A stretch of DNA of 64,000 nucleotides from an uncultured Pelagibacteraceae bacterium (GTDB lineage: Bacteria; Pseudomonadota; Alphaproteobacteria; Pelagibacterales; AG-422-B15), in the NCBI GenBank assembly GCA_902622985.1, contig CACNSH010000001.1, forward strand, positions 64,036 to 128,035. Reading direction: 5' to 3'. Below the pieces are notes generated by a model. The model saw only the letters and a program-made list of their open reading frames with translations. It searched no databases and was not told where the DNA came from. The translations under genes and the position numbers were made by a program. This document shows positions 48,350 to 58,014 of this stretch, in pieces. Each line of letters begins with the position of its first letter. The stretch's first letter is position 1.

Positions 48350-49569
48350 TACTTTTCTAGTAAATTTACATAATCCTTAATATATTTACATGCGATTTCT
48401 TTCCATGAGTAGTTTTGTTTTGCTTTCATGGCAGCATTATTTGAAAATTTTAATCTTAAATCTTTATTTAAAAGAATAGAAATTTTTTCTGAGAGGTCAT
48501 CAACTGAATCTTTCCTGAATAAAAAACCACAATCCATTACTCTTTCTGGTGTTCCAATCTCATCGTTTAGTATTAATGGTAAGCCACAAGCAAGTGCATC
48601 AAGCTGACTTGTACTTTCTTGTGATGGCCATATGCCTATATCTGAGATTCTATAATATTTGGGTAAGTTTTTATATTCCTGAAACTTTATTACTTTGGTA
48701 AATTGATTTTCAAGTTTCTTTTTATATTTTTTAGTTCCATCACCTATAAATAAACCTCTAACATTTCTAAAACCATCATAATTTAATTTAGATATTGCCT
48801 CTGAAAGAAGGTGAGGTTTTTTCGACTCATCCAATCTGCCAGTGTAAATACAAATTATATCGTGTAGTTTAAAACCAAGCTTCTTCTTTAAATCGTTATT
48901 TCGTTGTAAGTCGTTATTAAATAAGTCTACATTTGTACCAAGCTTCATTATTTTGGTTTGTTTGCTTTTATACCCTAAATAATTAATAGCTATAAACTCG
49001 GAGTCTTGACTTATAGGATAACACCTTTTAACTTTTGTTGAAATTATCTTTGAAATATAAAAATAAAACAACTTCTGCTTTAGCTTTCTGATAAAAAATT
49101 TAATTCTATTTTTAATATTTTTATTTTTATATATTTGATTAAATTTTTTTGCTGCATTATATACTGATAAATGAATATGACATTCAACTGTAATGATATA
49201 GTCCAGAAAAAAACTATAGATATATACTTGAAAAAGTAGAAAACTATTTGCTTCTCCAACTTGAATTATTTCGGGTTTTAACTTTTTTAATAGAGGAAAT
49301 AATCCAAAAAAAAACAAGCCGAATGGAGATTTAATACTATTCAATCTATACAAATGGTACCCATTTACTTTTTTATAATCGTAGTTTTTATCACTTTCTG
49401 AGTGAAAGTTCCTATAAACATCGCCGTAATTTCTTTGATTGTAATTAGCTTTAAATTTGGATGAAATAACACTTACTTCGTGAGATAATGATGATAAGCT
49501 GTAAGATAAACATACATCTGAATATCCCATATTCTCACTGTGATGGTCAACAAGTTGAACGATTTTCAT
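48349..49569 (-). CDS. Glycosyltransferase family 4 (GT-B)
   Basis: C-terminal region WPSQESTSQLDALACGLPLI resembles the GT4 EX7E motif. Confidence 0.65.
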   Translation of the reverse strand: MKIVQLVDHHSENMGYSDVCLSYSLSSLSHEVSVISSKFKANYNQRNYGDVYRNFHSESDKNYDYKKVNGYHLYRLNSIKSPFGLFFFGLFPLLKKLKPEIIQVGEANSFLLFQVYIYSFFLDYIITVECHIHLSVYNAAKKFNQIYKNKNIKNRIKFFIRKLKQKLFYFYISKIISTKVKRCYPISQDSEFIAINYLGYKSKQTKIMKLGTNVDLFNNDLQRNNDLKKKLGFKLHDIICIYTGRLDESKKPHLLSEAISKLNYDGFRNVRGLFIGDGTKKYKKKLENQFTKVIKFQEYKNLPKYYRISDIGIWPSQESTSQLDALACGLPLILNDEIGTPERVMDCGFLFRKDSVDDLSEKISILLNKDLRLKFSNNAAMKAKQNYSWKEIACKYIKDYVNLLEK

Positions 49570-49631
49570 TTTTAATTAAGTTTTTTTAATCATTAATGTA
49601 TAATCCATTATTTGAACTATAACAATTTAAT

Positions 49632-50378
49632 ATGAATATCTTAGTTTTTGCTTCAAAACTTGTTGGCTGTAAATGTGTTGAGTTTCTTCTTAAAGAACAC
49701 ATGAATGACAATTATACATTTGTCATTACTGAAAAAAATGATGAAAAATTAAAAGCACTACTAGTTAATAGTGGTCAAAATTTCTACGAAATTGATAACT
49801 TTAATGATCATTTAAATAACGATGAGTCTTTTGATTGGATCTTGAACTTATGGGGGGGGCTTATTTTAGAAAGTAGATTATTGAGTAAAGCTAAAAATAA
49901 TTTAAATATTCATCCCTCTATGCTGCCTCATGCCAGAGGAAAAGATCCAATTGTGTGGACTATTCAAAATAATTTTCCAGCTGGAACTACACTTCATGAA
50001 ATGACTAGTAAAATTGATGCTGGCGATATCTTTTATCAACAAGAGCTTGCATATTGTATGCCTATCAAAGGCTTGGAGCTTTATGATCAAATTTTAAAAC
50101 ATAGCGTTAATGTTTTCAAAAATAATTGGTCAAACATAAAAAACAATCCAAAGAAATTTAAAATTGATTATGAAAAACATCAACTATTTCTTAGAAAACA
50201 TTTAATTAATAATCAAACAAAAGATTTCTCTGATGAAACAATAAATAAAACGCTATTATGGCTTCTGTCGCATGATTTCACAAAAAAAGAGGATCAAAAA
50301 AAAGGTAAGTACGGTGCTCAGGTTATTATTAACAATAAAGTATATATTGCTACATTGAGTCTTGAAGAGAAAAATTAA
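49632..50378 (+). CDS. Sugar N-formyltransferase (Fmt/ArnA N-domain-like)
   Basis: Formyl_trans_N signature NLNIHPSMLPHARGKDP and SKIDAGDI. This is the only + strand gene in the island. Confidence 0.75.
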   Translation: MNILVFASKLVGCKCVEFLLKEHMNDNYTFVITEKNDEKLKALLVNSGQNFYEIDNFNDHLNNDESFDWILNLWGGLILESRLLSKAKNNLNIHPSMLPHARGKDPIVWTIQNNFPAGTTLHEMTSKIDAGDIFYQQELAYCMPIKGLELYDQILKHSVNVFKNNWSNIKNNPKKFKIDYEKHQLFLRKHLINNQTKDFSDETINKTLLWLLSHDFTKKEDQKKGKYGAQVIINNKVYIATLSLEEKN

Positions 50379-51472
50379 AGTAAACTATTAATTATTTGTG
50401 AAATTTTTTTTACTTCTCTAGATTTCAACTCTGGATACATTGGTAAAGTAATTACCTGATTGCAAATAGAATTAGTAATACTTAAATTTGAATTTTTAAA
50501 TTTACAAAATTTTTGGTAACCGTTATGTTTATGTGCTGGAAGAGCATAGTGAATGCCGCAATATATGCCCTCTTTTTTCAACTTATTTAGATATAAATCT
50601 CTTTTTTTAGTTTTTAAAACAAATAAGTGATATACGTGTTTACACCCTTCTCTCGACTTTATAAATTGAAATTCAGGATTATTAATTGACGAACGGTATA
50701 GCTTAGCAAGATTTATTCTCTTTTTATTTTCAAGTTCCAAATATTTTAATTTGACATTTAAAATTGATGCTTGCAATTCATCGAGTCTTGAGCTTTGTCC
50801 ATGCTCCAAAGTTGATCTATTTTTATCCCATCCGAACTGTCGTGAACGTGATATTTTATTTGCGATTTGTTTATTATTTGTAGTTACCATCCCACCATCT
50901 CCAATAGCTCCAAGATTTTTTGTAGGATAAAAACTAAATGCGCCAACATGCCCTATAGAACCAACTTTTTTTCCAAAATATTCTGCTCCAACTGCTTGGG
51001 CACAATCTTCAATAACGTATAGTTTATTTTCTCTCGCAATTTTCATTATCTTGTTCATGTCACAGACTTGCCCATAAATATGAACTGGAATTATTGCCCT
51101 CGTTTTTTTTGTAATTGCCCTACTTATTTTATGAGGGTCAATTGTTAAAAAGTCTTTTTCCAAATCTACTATAACAGGTTTAGCTCCGCTTGAGATAATA
51201 GCTGACAAAGTAGCTAAAGCTGTATGGGAAACGGTTATAACTTCATCTCCAGAACCTATATTCAAAGCTTTTAAACTTAATAAGATTGCGTCTGTACCAC
51301 TATTAACTCCAACCGAATACTTAACGTTACAAAATTTTGAAAACGAATGTTCGAAATCTTTTACTTGATCGCCTAATACATAATTACCAGATTTCAGTGT
51401 CTTAGAGATAGAGTCGTTTATTTCTTTCTTATGGGCTTGAAATTGTGCAAAAGGGTATGAGGCGAAAAACAT
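50375..51472 (-). CDS. DegT/DnrJ/EryC1/StrS family sugar aminotransferase
   Basis: IEDCAQAVGA and the PLP-lysine block FSFYPTKNLGAIGDGGMV. Confidence 0.9.
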   Translation of the reverse strand: MFFASYPFAQFQAHKKEINDSISKTLKSGNYVLGDQVKDFEHSFSKFCNVKYSVGVNSGTDAILLSLKALNIGSGDEVITVSHTALATLSAIISSGAKPVIVDLEKDFLTIDPHKISRAITKKTRAIIPVHIYGQVCDMNKIMKIARENKLYVIEDCAQAVGAEYFGKKVGSIGHVGAFSFYPTKNLGAIGDGGMVTTNNKQIANKISRSRQFGWDKNRSTLEHGQSSRLDELQASILNVKLKYLELENKKRINLAKLYRSSINNPEFQFIKSREGCKHVYHLFVLKTKKRDLYLNKLKKEGIYCGIHYALPAHKHNGYQKFCKFKNSNLSITNSICNQVITLPMYPELKSREVKKISQIINSLL

Positions 51473-52701
51473 TAAAAAATTTCAACTTTAGGGACAAATC
51501 TAATCCATTTGCCGCCATTCTTTTCAAAATCTTTTTCTTTTTCAAATATTTCATTTGAATGATTCCAAGCAAATAGCAGGGCATAGTCTGGTGGATTTTT
51601 TTTAAATTCCTCATATGACCTTACGGGGATATGGGCACCAGGTGAATATTTATTTTGCTTTAGTGGTGTTGTATCTGAGATAAATTCAATTAAATCATTT
51701 CCAATCCCAGAATAATTTAAAATTGTGGTACTTTTTGAGGTGGCACCATATCCAACAACTCTTTTTTTCTCTGATTTAATTTTTTCTAAGAGAGATACCA
51801 AATCTTTTTTTGATTGTTCACAATTATTTTTAAAACGAATATACGTTGTAGGATCCTTAAATCCATTTTTTTCTTCATTTTCTAGTATCTGGTGTACATT
51901 CTTTGAAATTTTATGACTACCTTTATGAGTTATGAAATATCTCATGGAACCACCATGAGTCGGCTGGGGAATCACGTCAATCAACTCCAGATCATGCCTC
52001 TCACACAATGATGATACTGATGAGGCTGAAAATATATATATATGCTCATCATAAATTTGATCATATGACACTTTTTCTAACATATCTCCAAGATAAGGGT
52101 CTTCAAAAGCTAGGATACCATCCTCTGTAAGTAGTTTTGCAATACCAGCAAAAACACTATTAAGGTCAGGAATATGGCACATCACATTAGCTGCAAAAAT
52201 TATATTAGCTTTTCCATGTTTCTCTAGGATATGATCAGCTAAATTTTCATTAAAAAATTCTGATATTGTATTTATGCCCTCTTTTTTTGCAACATCAGCA
52301 ACATTTTTAGATGGCTCGATACCTAGATGAGGTATTCCAGAATTCTTAAAATGTTTAAGCATAATTCCATCATTACTTCCTAGTTCTATAACAAATGAAT
52401 CTTCTTTTGTTCTCAAAAAATTTGAAATTAACTGATCAGCAAAATTTTTAAAATGAACTTGCATATGCTTAGATAAACTTGAAAAAAATGGATAATTTTC
52501 ATTAAACATCATTGGTGCATCAGGTTGATCAATCAATTGAAAAGCAAAACAGTTCTCGCAAAACGAGGGTTTCATTTCAAAAAAATATTCATTTTTAAAA
52601 TCTATTTCATTTAAAAAACCATTTGCAATAGGCATTTTACCAAAGCTCATAAATGGAGAAATTTCGTTACCACACACTCTACAAGTATTGCTGCTGTTCA
52701 T
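51472..52701 (-). CDS. NDP-hexose C-methyltransferase (TylCIII/TcaB9-like)
   Basis: N-terminal 4-Cys zinc module (CRVCGN...CENC), SAM motif VIELGSNDG, and a long C-terminal domain as in sugar C3-methyltransferases. Confidence 0.75.
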   Translation of the reverse strand: MNSSNTCRVCGNEISPFMSFGKMPIANGFLNEIDFKNEYFFEMKPSFCENCFAFQLIDQPDAPMMFNENYPFFSSLSKHMQVHFKNFADQLISNFLRTKEDSFVIELGSNDGIMLKHFKNSGIPHLGIEPSKNVADVAKKEGINTISEFFNENLADHILEKHGKANIIFAANVMCHIPDLNSVFAGIAKLLTEDGILAFEDPYLGDMLEKVSYDQIYDEHIYIFSASSVSSLCERHDLELIDVIPQPTHGGSMRYFITHKGSHKISKNVHQILENEEKNGFKDPTTYIRFKNNCEQSKKDLVSLLEKIKSEKKRVVGYGATSKSTTILNYSGIGNDLIEFISDTTPLKQNKYSPGAHIPVRSYEEFKKNPPDYALLFAWNHSNEIFEKEKDFEKNGGKWIRFVPKVEIF

Positions 52702-52734
52702 ATTATCTCAATCATTAAATAATTTTAATATCTT

Positions 52735-53613
52735 TTATGTGTCGTTTAATATTGACCTTAAATAAGTTGCATAGTCAACTTCTTTATAATCAGAAATTAA
52801 TTTTTCTAATTCTTCACTAGAAATAAGGCCCATCCTCCATGCAACTTCTTCTGGGCAACCAATTTTTAGGCCTTGCAATTCTTCTACTGTTTGAACGAAC
52901 TGTGAGGCTTTTAAAAGATTCTCATTGGTACCAGCATCAAGCCATGCGTATCCACGACTAAATTTATAAACTTCAAGATTTTTATTTTCTAAATATATTT
53001 GATTAACTTCTGAAATTTCTAATTCACCTCTGCCAGATGGTTTTATTTCTTCAGCAATCTTCACTATATCTTGATCGTAAAAATATAAACCAGTGATTGC
53101 CCAATTTGAAATAAAGCTTTTTGGTTTCTCAACAATTCTCTTAGGAGTATCATCATTAAAAAATTCACAAATCCCAAAATTCTCTGGATCATTTACGTAA
53201 GAGGCAAATAATGTAGCCCTATTGTGATTTGAGGACTTATTTAGTAATAATTCCGAGAAACCTGATCCATAAAAAATATTATCACCTAAAATTAACGCAC
53301 AACTATTTTCTCCAATAAATTCTTTTGCAATGATAAATGCTTCAGCAATTCCTTTTGGTTCCATTTGTACTTTATATTCTAAGTTTATTCCAAATTTAGA
53401 ACCATCTCCTAAAAGATTCTTGAAATTTTCGATACTTTCAGAGGTAGTTATTATAAGAATATCTTTTATTCCTGCTAAAAGTAGGGTCGTTAAAGGATAA
53501 TAAATCATAGGCTTATTAAAAACAGGCAGTAATTGTTTACAAACTGGGATTGTCACAGGCCAGAGCCTACTGCCTGTTCCACCTGCTAAGATTATGCCTT
53601 TTCTTAAATTCAT
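52735..53613 (-). CDS. rmlA: Glucose-1-phosphate thymidylyltransferase
   Basis: KGIILAGGTGSRLWPVT, LGDNIFYG, RGELEISEVN, WLDAGT motifs. Confidence 0.92.
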   Translation of the reverse strand: MNLRKGIILAGGTGSRLWPVTIPVCKQLLPVFNKPMIYYPLTTLLLAGIKDILIITTSESIENFKNLLGDGSKFGINLEYKVQMEPKGIAEAFIIAKEFIGENSCALILGDNIFYGSGFSELLLNKSSNHNRATLFASYVNDPENFGICEFFNDDTPKRIVEKPKSFISNWAITGLYFYDQDIVKIAEEIKPSGRGELEISEVNQIYLENKNLEVYKFSRGYAWLDAGTNENLLKASQFVQTVEELQGLKIGCPEEVAWRMGLISSEELEKLISDYKEVDYATYLRSILNDT

Positions 53614-54596
53614 ATAACTTGCTGAAGATACCAGGGATTTTCTTTAGCCCACATTATTGTTTTTCTAATACCAATATTTACTTGAATTTTTGCTTTCCAG
53701 CCAAGTAATTCATAAGCCTTTTCACAATTTGGAATACGATTAATAATATCTTGATAAACATCTCCATATAAATCGTTTGTATTTATATTATTAATTTCAA
53801 TATTTTTTTTTGACTCTTTAATACATAAATTAACGATATCTTTTATTTTTGTAGGGACTTGATTACCAATATTGAATGCTTTTCCATCAGCCTTTGAAAG
53901 TTCTCCTACTCGAATAATACCATCAATTGCATCATCTATATATGTAAAGCATCTTATTTGCTCACCTCCATCATATATATCTGGAGGAATATTATTAAGA
54001 ACCCTATAAACTGATTGAGATACAACAAATATAGGATTTTGTTTTGGTCCGTAAACATTGAAAAATCTAACGGTTGCAAAGTTAAGTTTATTCGTCCTGT
54101 ATAAGGCAAATAACATGTGCTCTATGAGAGCTTTACTAGAGGAATAACACCATCTATCTACACTTGGGTCACCAAGAACTCTGTCAGACTCTTCCTTCCA
54201 AGGTACATTTGAATTTTTTCCATAAACCTCACTGGTACTTGCAAAAATTAATTTTATATTTTTTTTAATACATAGCTCTATAATATTCTTGGTTCCATTT
54301 ATTGTAATATCAATTAACGATAATGGATCTCGCATGTAATATCTGACGCCTACAGTTGACGCTAAATGATAAATAATCTCAGCATCGTCTTGAAAGAAGT
54401 TTTGGATGTCTTCCATATTTCTAATGTCACCTTTAAAAAAATGTAAATTTTTATGATCAATCATTTCTTTTAAATTTAAGCAATCATTTAAAAGTCTATT
54501 GTCAAAAGCGTATACATCATATCCTCTTGAAAGTAACTTTTCTACTAAATGGCTTCCTATAAAACCTCCGGCACCAGTTACCATTACTTTTTTCAT
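53610..54596 (-). CDS. Extended SDR resembling the ArnA decarboxylase domain / UDP-glucuronate decarboxylase
   Basis: VTGAGGFIGSH, ASTSEVYG, YSSSK, RFFNVYGP, GGEQIRCFTYIDD, and an ArnA-like C-terminal block LYGDVYQDIINRIP. Confidence 0.6.
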   Translation of the reverse strand: MKKVMVTGAGGFIGSHLVEKLLSRGYDVYAFDNRLLNDCLNLKEMIDHKNLHFFKGDIRNMEDIQNFFQDDAEIIYHLASTVGVRYYMRDPLSLIDITINGTKNIIELCIKKNIKLIFASTSEVYGKNSNVPWKEESDRVLGDPSVDRWCYSSSKALIEHMLFALYRTNKLNFATVRFFNVYGPKQNPIFVVSQSVYRVLNNIPPDIYDGGEQIRCFTYIDDAIDGIIRVGELSKADGKAFNIGNQVPTKIKDIVNLCIKESKKNIEINNINTNDLYGDVYQDIINRIPNCEKAYELLGWKAKIQVNIGIRKTIMWAKENPWYLQQVI

Positions 54597-54598
54597 CT

Positions 54599-55924
54599 CT
54601 ATCTCCCAATACCAGTATAATTCAAATTAAGATTTTTAATTTGATCTATTTCATGACGAGTAAAATACCTTCTTCCATCAAATATTAGTGCGCTATCATT
54701 AGAATAATTAGCAATGTCTTCTATTTTTAGATTGAGAATTTCATTATGTGCTGCCATAAATACAATGCAGTCTGCGCCTTTAATTGTATCTAAAATATAC
54801 TTATTTGTTTTAATATTCATTTTTTTTAGATCATTTGAAGTAACTAAATCATCAAAATAGCTAAAATTTTTAAATCCAGCTTTCTTCATTTTTTCGATAA
54901 AAGGTAGTACAGGAGTAAACCTTATATCACCACTATTACTTTTAAAAGATAAGCCAAGTATAGCAATTTTAATTTTAGATAAATTTTTTTTACTTTTATT
55001 AAAAAAATTGATAATTTTCTGCGAGCTGTGTTCTGGCATAATATCATTAGAAACTCTTCCAGATTTAATAGTTTCCAACTCTATTCCTTTTTCTTTACCT
55101 AAAGTGTAAAGGAACCACGGATCTTTCGTTAAGCAATATCCACCAACACCGTTTGAAGGAGCTAGAATATTGACATTACTATTACCTTTTTTTAGGGAGT
55201 TGGCGGCGGAAATAACTTCGATTATATCAATATCATGATCTAAAGTATCTGATAGTCTTGCTAAATCGTGAGCTAACGCAATATTTAAATCAATCCACGC
55301 ATTATTAGCTAATTTAACGAATTCAGAAGTTTCTGCACTTTTTACAATTATTGTTTCTACATCAATACTTTTTTTCCAAAACTCACTTGCACGTTCAGAG
55401 GCCTTATTATTAATACCTCCAACTATTATTGGTAAAGTCTTTAGCTCATTTATTGCATTACCTTCTGCTAATCTCTCTGGGCTAAAAACAACATCAATAT
55501 TCTTTTTATTTTTTGATAAAATTTTGTAAACTATATTTCTTGTTGTACCAGGGGGGATAGTACTTTTAATTAGTATTAATTGGCCATCATTTATATACGG
55601 CTGTATTTCATTACATGTTTTTGATAGTTGAGATAAATCAGCTTTATAATTTTCACCAAGAGGTGTCCCAACAGTGATAATTACTACATCAGATTCGCTA
55701 ATATGTTTGATATTGTTTGTTAATAAAAGATTTTTTTCTTTTAACTTGTAAGTTACTAGTTCTTGTAATCCAGGCTCACTTATAGGTGATTGCTCGTTTA
55801 TAAATGAATTTAATAAATCATTATTTTTATCAATTCCATAAACAAAAAAATCATCACTTGCGATTACAGAACCAATTACACTACCAATGTGACCGAACCC
55901 AATAACCGATATAATCATATTCAA
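54599..55924 (-). CDS. Nucleotide-sugar 6-dehydrogenase (UDP-glucose/GDP-mannose dehydrogenase family)
   Basis: VIGFGHIGSVIG Rossmann motif, catalytic Cys block GVGGYCLTKDP, C-terminal UDP-binding domain. Substrate not assignable by eye. Confidence 0.8.
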   Translation of the reverse strand: MNMIISVIGFGHIGSVIGSVIASDDFFVYGIDKNNDLLNSFINEQSPISEPGLQELVTYKLKEKNLLLTNNIKHISESDVVIITVGTPLGENYKADLSQLSKTCNEIQPYINDGQLILIKSTIPPGTTRNIVYKILSKNKKNIDVVFSPERLAEGNAINELKTLPIIVGGINNKASERASEFWKKSIDVETIIVKSAETSEFVKLANNAWIDLNIALAHDLARLSDTLDHDIDIIEVISAANSLKKGNSNVNILAPSNGVGGYCLTKDPWFLYTLGKEKGIELETIKSGRVSNDIMPEHSSQKIINFFNKSKKNLSKIKIAILGLSFKSNSGDIRFTPVLPFIEKMKKAGFKNFSYFDDLVTSNDLKKMNIKTNKYILDTIKGADCIVFMAAHNEILNLKIEDIANYSNDSALIFDGRRYFTRHEIDQIKNLNLNYTGIGR

Positions 55925-56856
55925 TTTCTATTACTACTGTTAATTATTTGAATAGTTTCTGAAATTCCTCGACTTAAACTACCTTTAAACTTAAATCCGG
56001 TCTTTTCAAATTTACTCGATAATACTTCATATGAAAGCTGATTCATAATTTTATTTTTTACAAATGCAATTTTCACATTTGGAATATAATTTTTTATGAC
56101 ATCAATAACATTTCTGACAGTAGCATTCTGAGTTAAAATATTATATGTTTCATTTTTAAACATATTATTTTCAATAATATGTTCAAAAGCTTTTGAGGCA
56201 TCAAATAAATCTAGATACGGTCGACTTTGATCATATGCTGTTTCCCAAACTGAAATCTCCTGTCCCATTACAGCTTGCCAGCAGAATTTATTTACCGCAG
56301 TATGAAATCTCATTCCATTTGAAGTACCAAAAATGGTGCCAAACCTGCAACAAACGTAACTTAATCCATTGTTACCCATATTTTTAATTAATTCCTCTTC
56401 TTTTAATTTTGTTTCTGCATAAGGACTTTGTGGCTTTAGTTCTTCTTTTAAACAATCTTCATCAACAACATCTTTTTGCGTACCATAAACACTAGTGGAG
56501 GATAAAAAAATAATTTTAGTGTTTGTGTTTAAAGCTGTCTCTGCAACATTTTTCGTAGAAAGTAAGTTGTTTCTCTCAACTTCTTCAGCATTGTTAAAAC
56601 TATTAGCTGCATCGGTTATTGCGGCTAAATGTATTATCACGTCAATATCATTAAATAAATTATTTAGATTTGAATGACTTACATCTAGTTCTAAAAATTT
56701 ATATTTAATATTTTTGGGTAAATTAAATAATGATACATATCTTTGGGTTAAAAAATTATCGATTAATAAAAACTCATGCTTTGAATCTTTTAAAGCCATA
56801 TTTCTAATTATATACGAACCAATATGACCCAAAGCTCCTGTTATTGCAATTTTCAT
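55921..56856 (-). CDS. NAD-dependent epimerase/dehydratase family protein
   Basis: IAITGALGHIGS, SSTSVYG, YAETK (YxxxK). Confidence 0.7.
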   Translation of the reverse strand: MKIAITGALGHIGSYIIRNMALKDSKHEFLLIDNFLTQRYVSLFNLPKNIKYKFLELDVSHSNLNNLFNDIDVIIHLAAITDAANSFNNAEEVERNNLLSTKNVAETALNTNTKIIFLSSTSVYGTQKDVVDEDCLKEELKPQSPYAETKLKEEELIKNMGNNGLSYVCCRFGTIFGTSNGMRFHTAVNKFCWQAVMGQEISVWETAYDQSRPYLDLFDASKAFEHIIENNMFKNETYNILTQNATVRNVIDVIKNYIPNVKIAFVKNKIMNQLSYEVLSSKFEKTGFKFKGSLSRGISETIQIINSSNRN

Positions 56857-56858
56857 AG

Positions 56859-57605
56859 CTATTTTATTGCTTCTAAAAAGCCATCGGGATTACATGTAAA
56901 AAGTAATTTATTTTCAATATTTTTATCAGCACGAAATCTTTTATTTTTCTTCAAAAATTTTGTCAAAGCAGTATGAGGGTTATTTTTTGGCCCCCAAGGT
57001 CTTGGTCTATGTTTCTGCTCAGGAATAAAATTAATAATCGTATCTCCACATATGAGATAATTTCCCTTTTTGACAAAATTTGAATAAATTTTTAATTCTT
57101 CCAAAACATGATCTTCGCTATGATGAGAGTCCAAAATGACTAATACCTTTTTTGAATTCTTTACTATTTTTTTAATACTTTTAATAGTTTTTTCGTCAGT
57201 ACTAGATCCCTCGATTAATTTAATTTTTTTTGCAAGCTTATTATGACTATTTAATCTTTTCTTTAGATCATTTGGAAGAAAAATATCAACTCCTATGATT
57301 TTTTTTCCCCCTAAATGATCTATTAACATTGACTGGAATAGTAAAGATCCACCCCAAGCAACTCCTATTTCAATTATATATTCAGGTCTGGATTTCCAAA
57401 TGATCTCTTGTATCGCAAACATATCATGAGGTAGATTCAATATTGGCTCACCGAGCCAAGTTGCTTGGTGTATCCATCTAAATTTATCAGCTTCAGAAAT
57501 GACCTTTAAAGAATCTTTTTTTAATTGTTTATTTTTTGACATTTTTTTAGCTGATGAAATATTAATCTCTAAAAATTTTTTCTTACTGATAATTTTTTTC
57601 TGCAT
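56859..57605 (-). CDS. CmcI/cephalosporin-hydroxylase-family methyltransferase
   Basis: WLGEPILNLPHDMFAIQEIIWKSRPEYIIEIGVAWGGSLLF resembles the CmcI family core (class I SAM MTase fold). Confidence 0.65.
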   Translation of the reverse strand: MQKKIISKKKFLEINISSAKKMSKNKQLKKDSLKVISEADKFRWIHQATWLGEPILNLPHDMFAIQEIIWKSRPEYIIEIGVAWGGSLLFQSMLIDHLGGKKIIGVDIFLPNDLKKRLNSHNKLAKKIKLIEGSSTDEKTIKSIKKIVKNSKKVLVILDSHHSEDHVLEELKIYSNFVKKGNYLICGDTIINFIPEQKHRPRPWGPKNNPHTALTKFLKKNKRFRADKNIENKLLFTCNPDGFLEAIK

Positions 57606-57606
57606 A

Positions 57607-58014
57607 TTATTTTTGTATATATTCTAAGTATTGAGAGTAATCTCTGATATAATCATCTTCATCGTATTCCATATCACATAATACTAGCAAAACGCTGTCT
57701 TGTTTAAAATATTTTTGAGTTGACCAAATTCCATCAGGAACCAAAACTCCTGAATTGGGTTTAGTTAATAAAACATTTTTTTGTTTAATTCCGTCGTCTA
57801 ATAATATATCAATCTCACCATTTAAACATACCATAAATTGTTTACATTCTTTATGTGCATGATTACCTCTTACATCACCATAATTAGCCTTAACAGAAAA
57901 AACTCTTTTGAAAGAAAAAGGTATATCATTATTTTCAACAACGGTTAATGATCCTCTATCTTCGATGATGCAGGTTAGAGGTATTATGTTTACATCATTT
58001 ATGCTTTTTTTCAT
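57607..58014 (-). CDS. fdtA: dTDP-4-keto-6-deoxyhexose 3,4-ketoisomerase (FdtA/WxcM cupin)
   Basis: 135-aa cupin with DRGSLTVVE...FKRVFSV...VRGNHAHKECKQFMVCLNGEIDI. Confidence 0.8.
   Translation of the reverse strand: MKKSINDVNIIPLTCIIEDRGSLTVVENNDIPFSFKRVFSVKANYGDVRGNHAHKECKQFMVCLNGEIDILLDDGIKQKNVLLTKPNSGVLVPDGIWSTQKYFKQDSVLLVLCDMEYDEDDYIRDYSQYLEYIQK

Noticed and set aside
51429-51614. 61-aa minus-strand ORF spanning the junction between the C-methyltransferase and the aminotransferase.
   Set aside because: It overlaps two strongly supported genes out of frame and has no motif.
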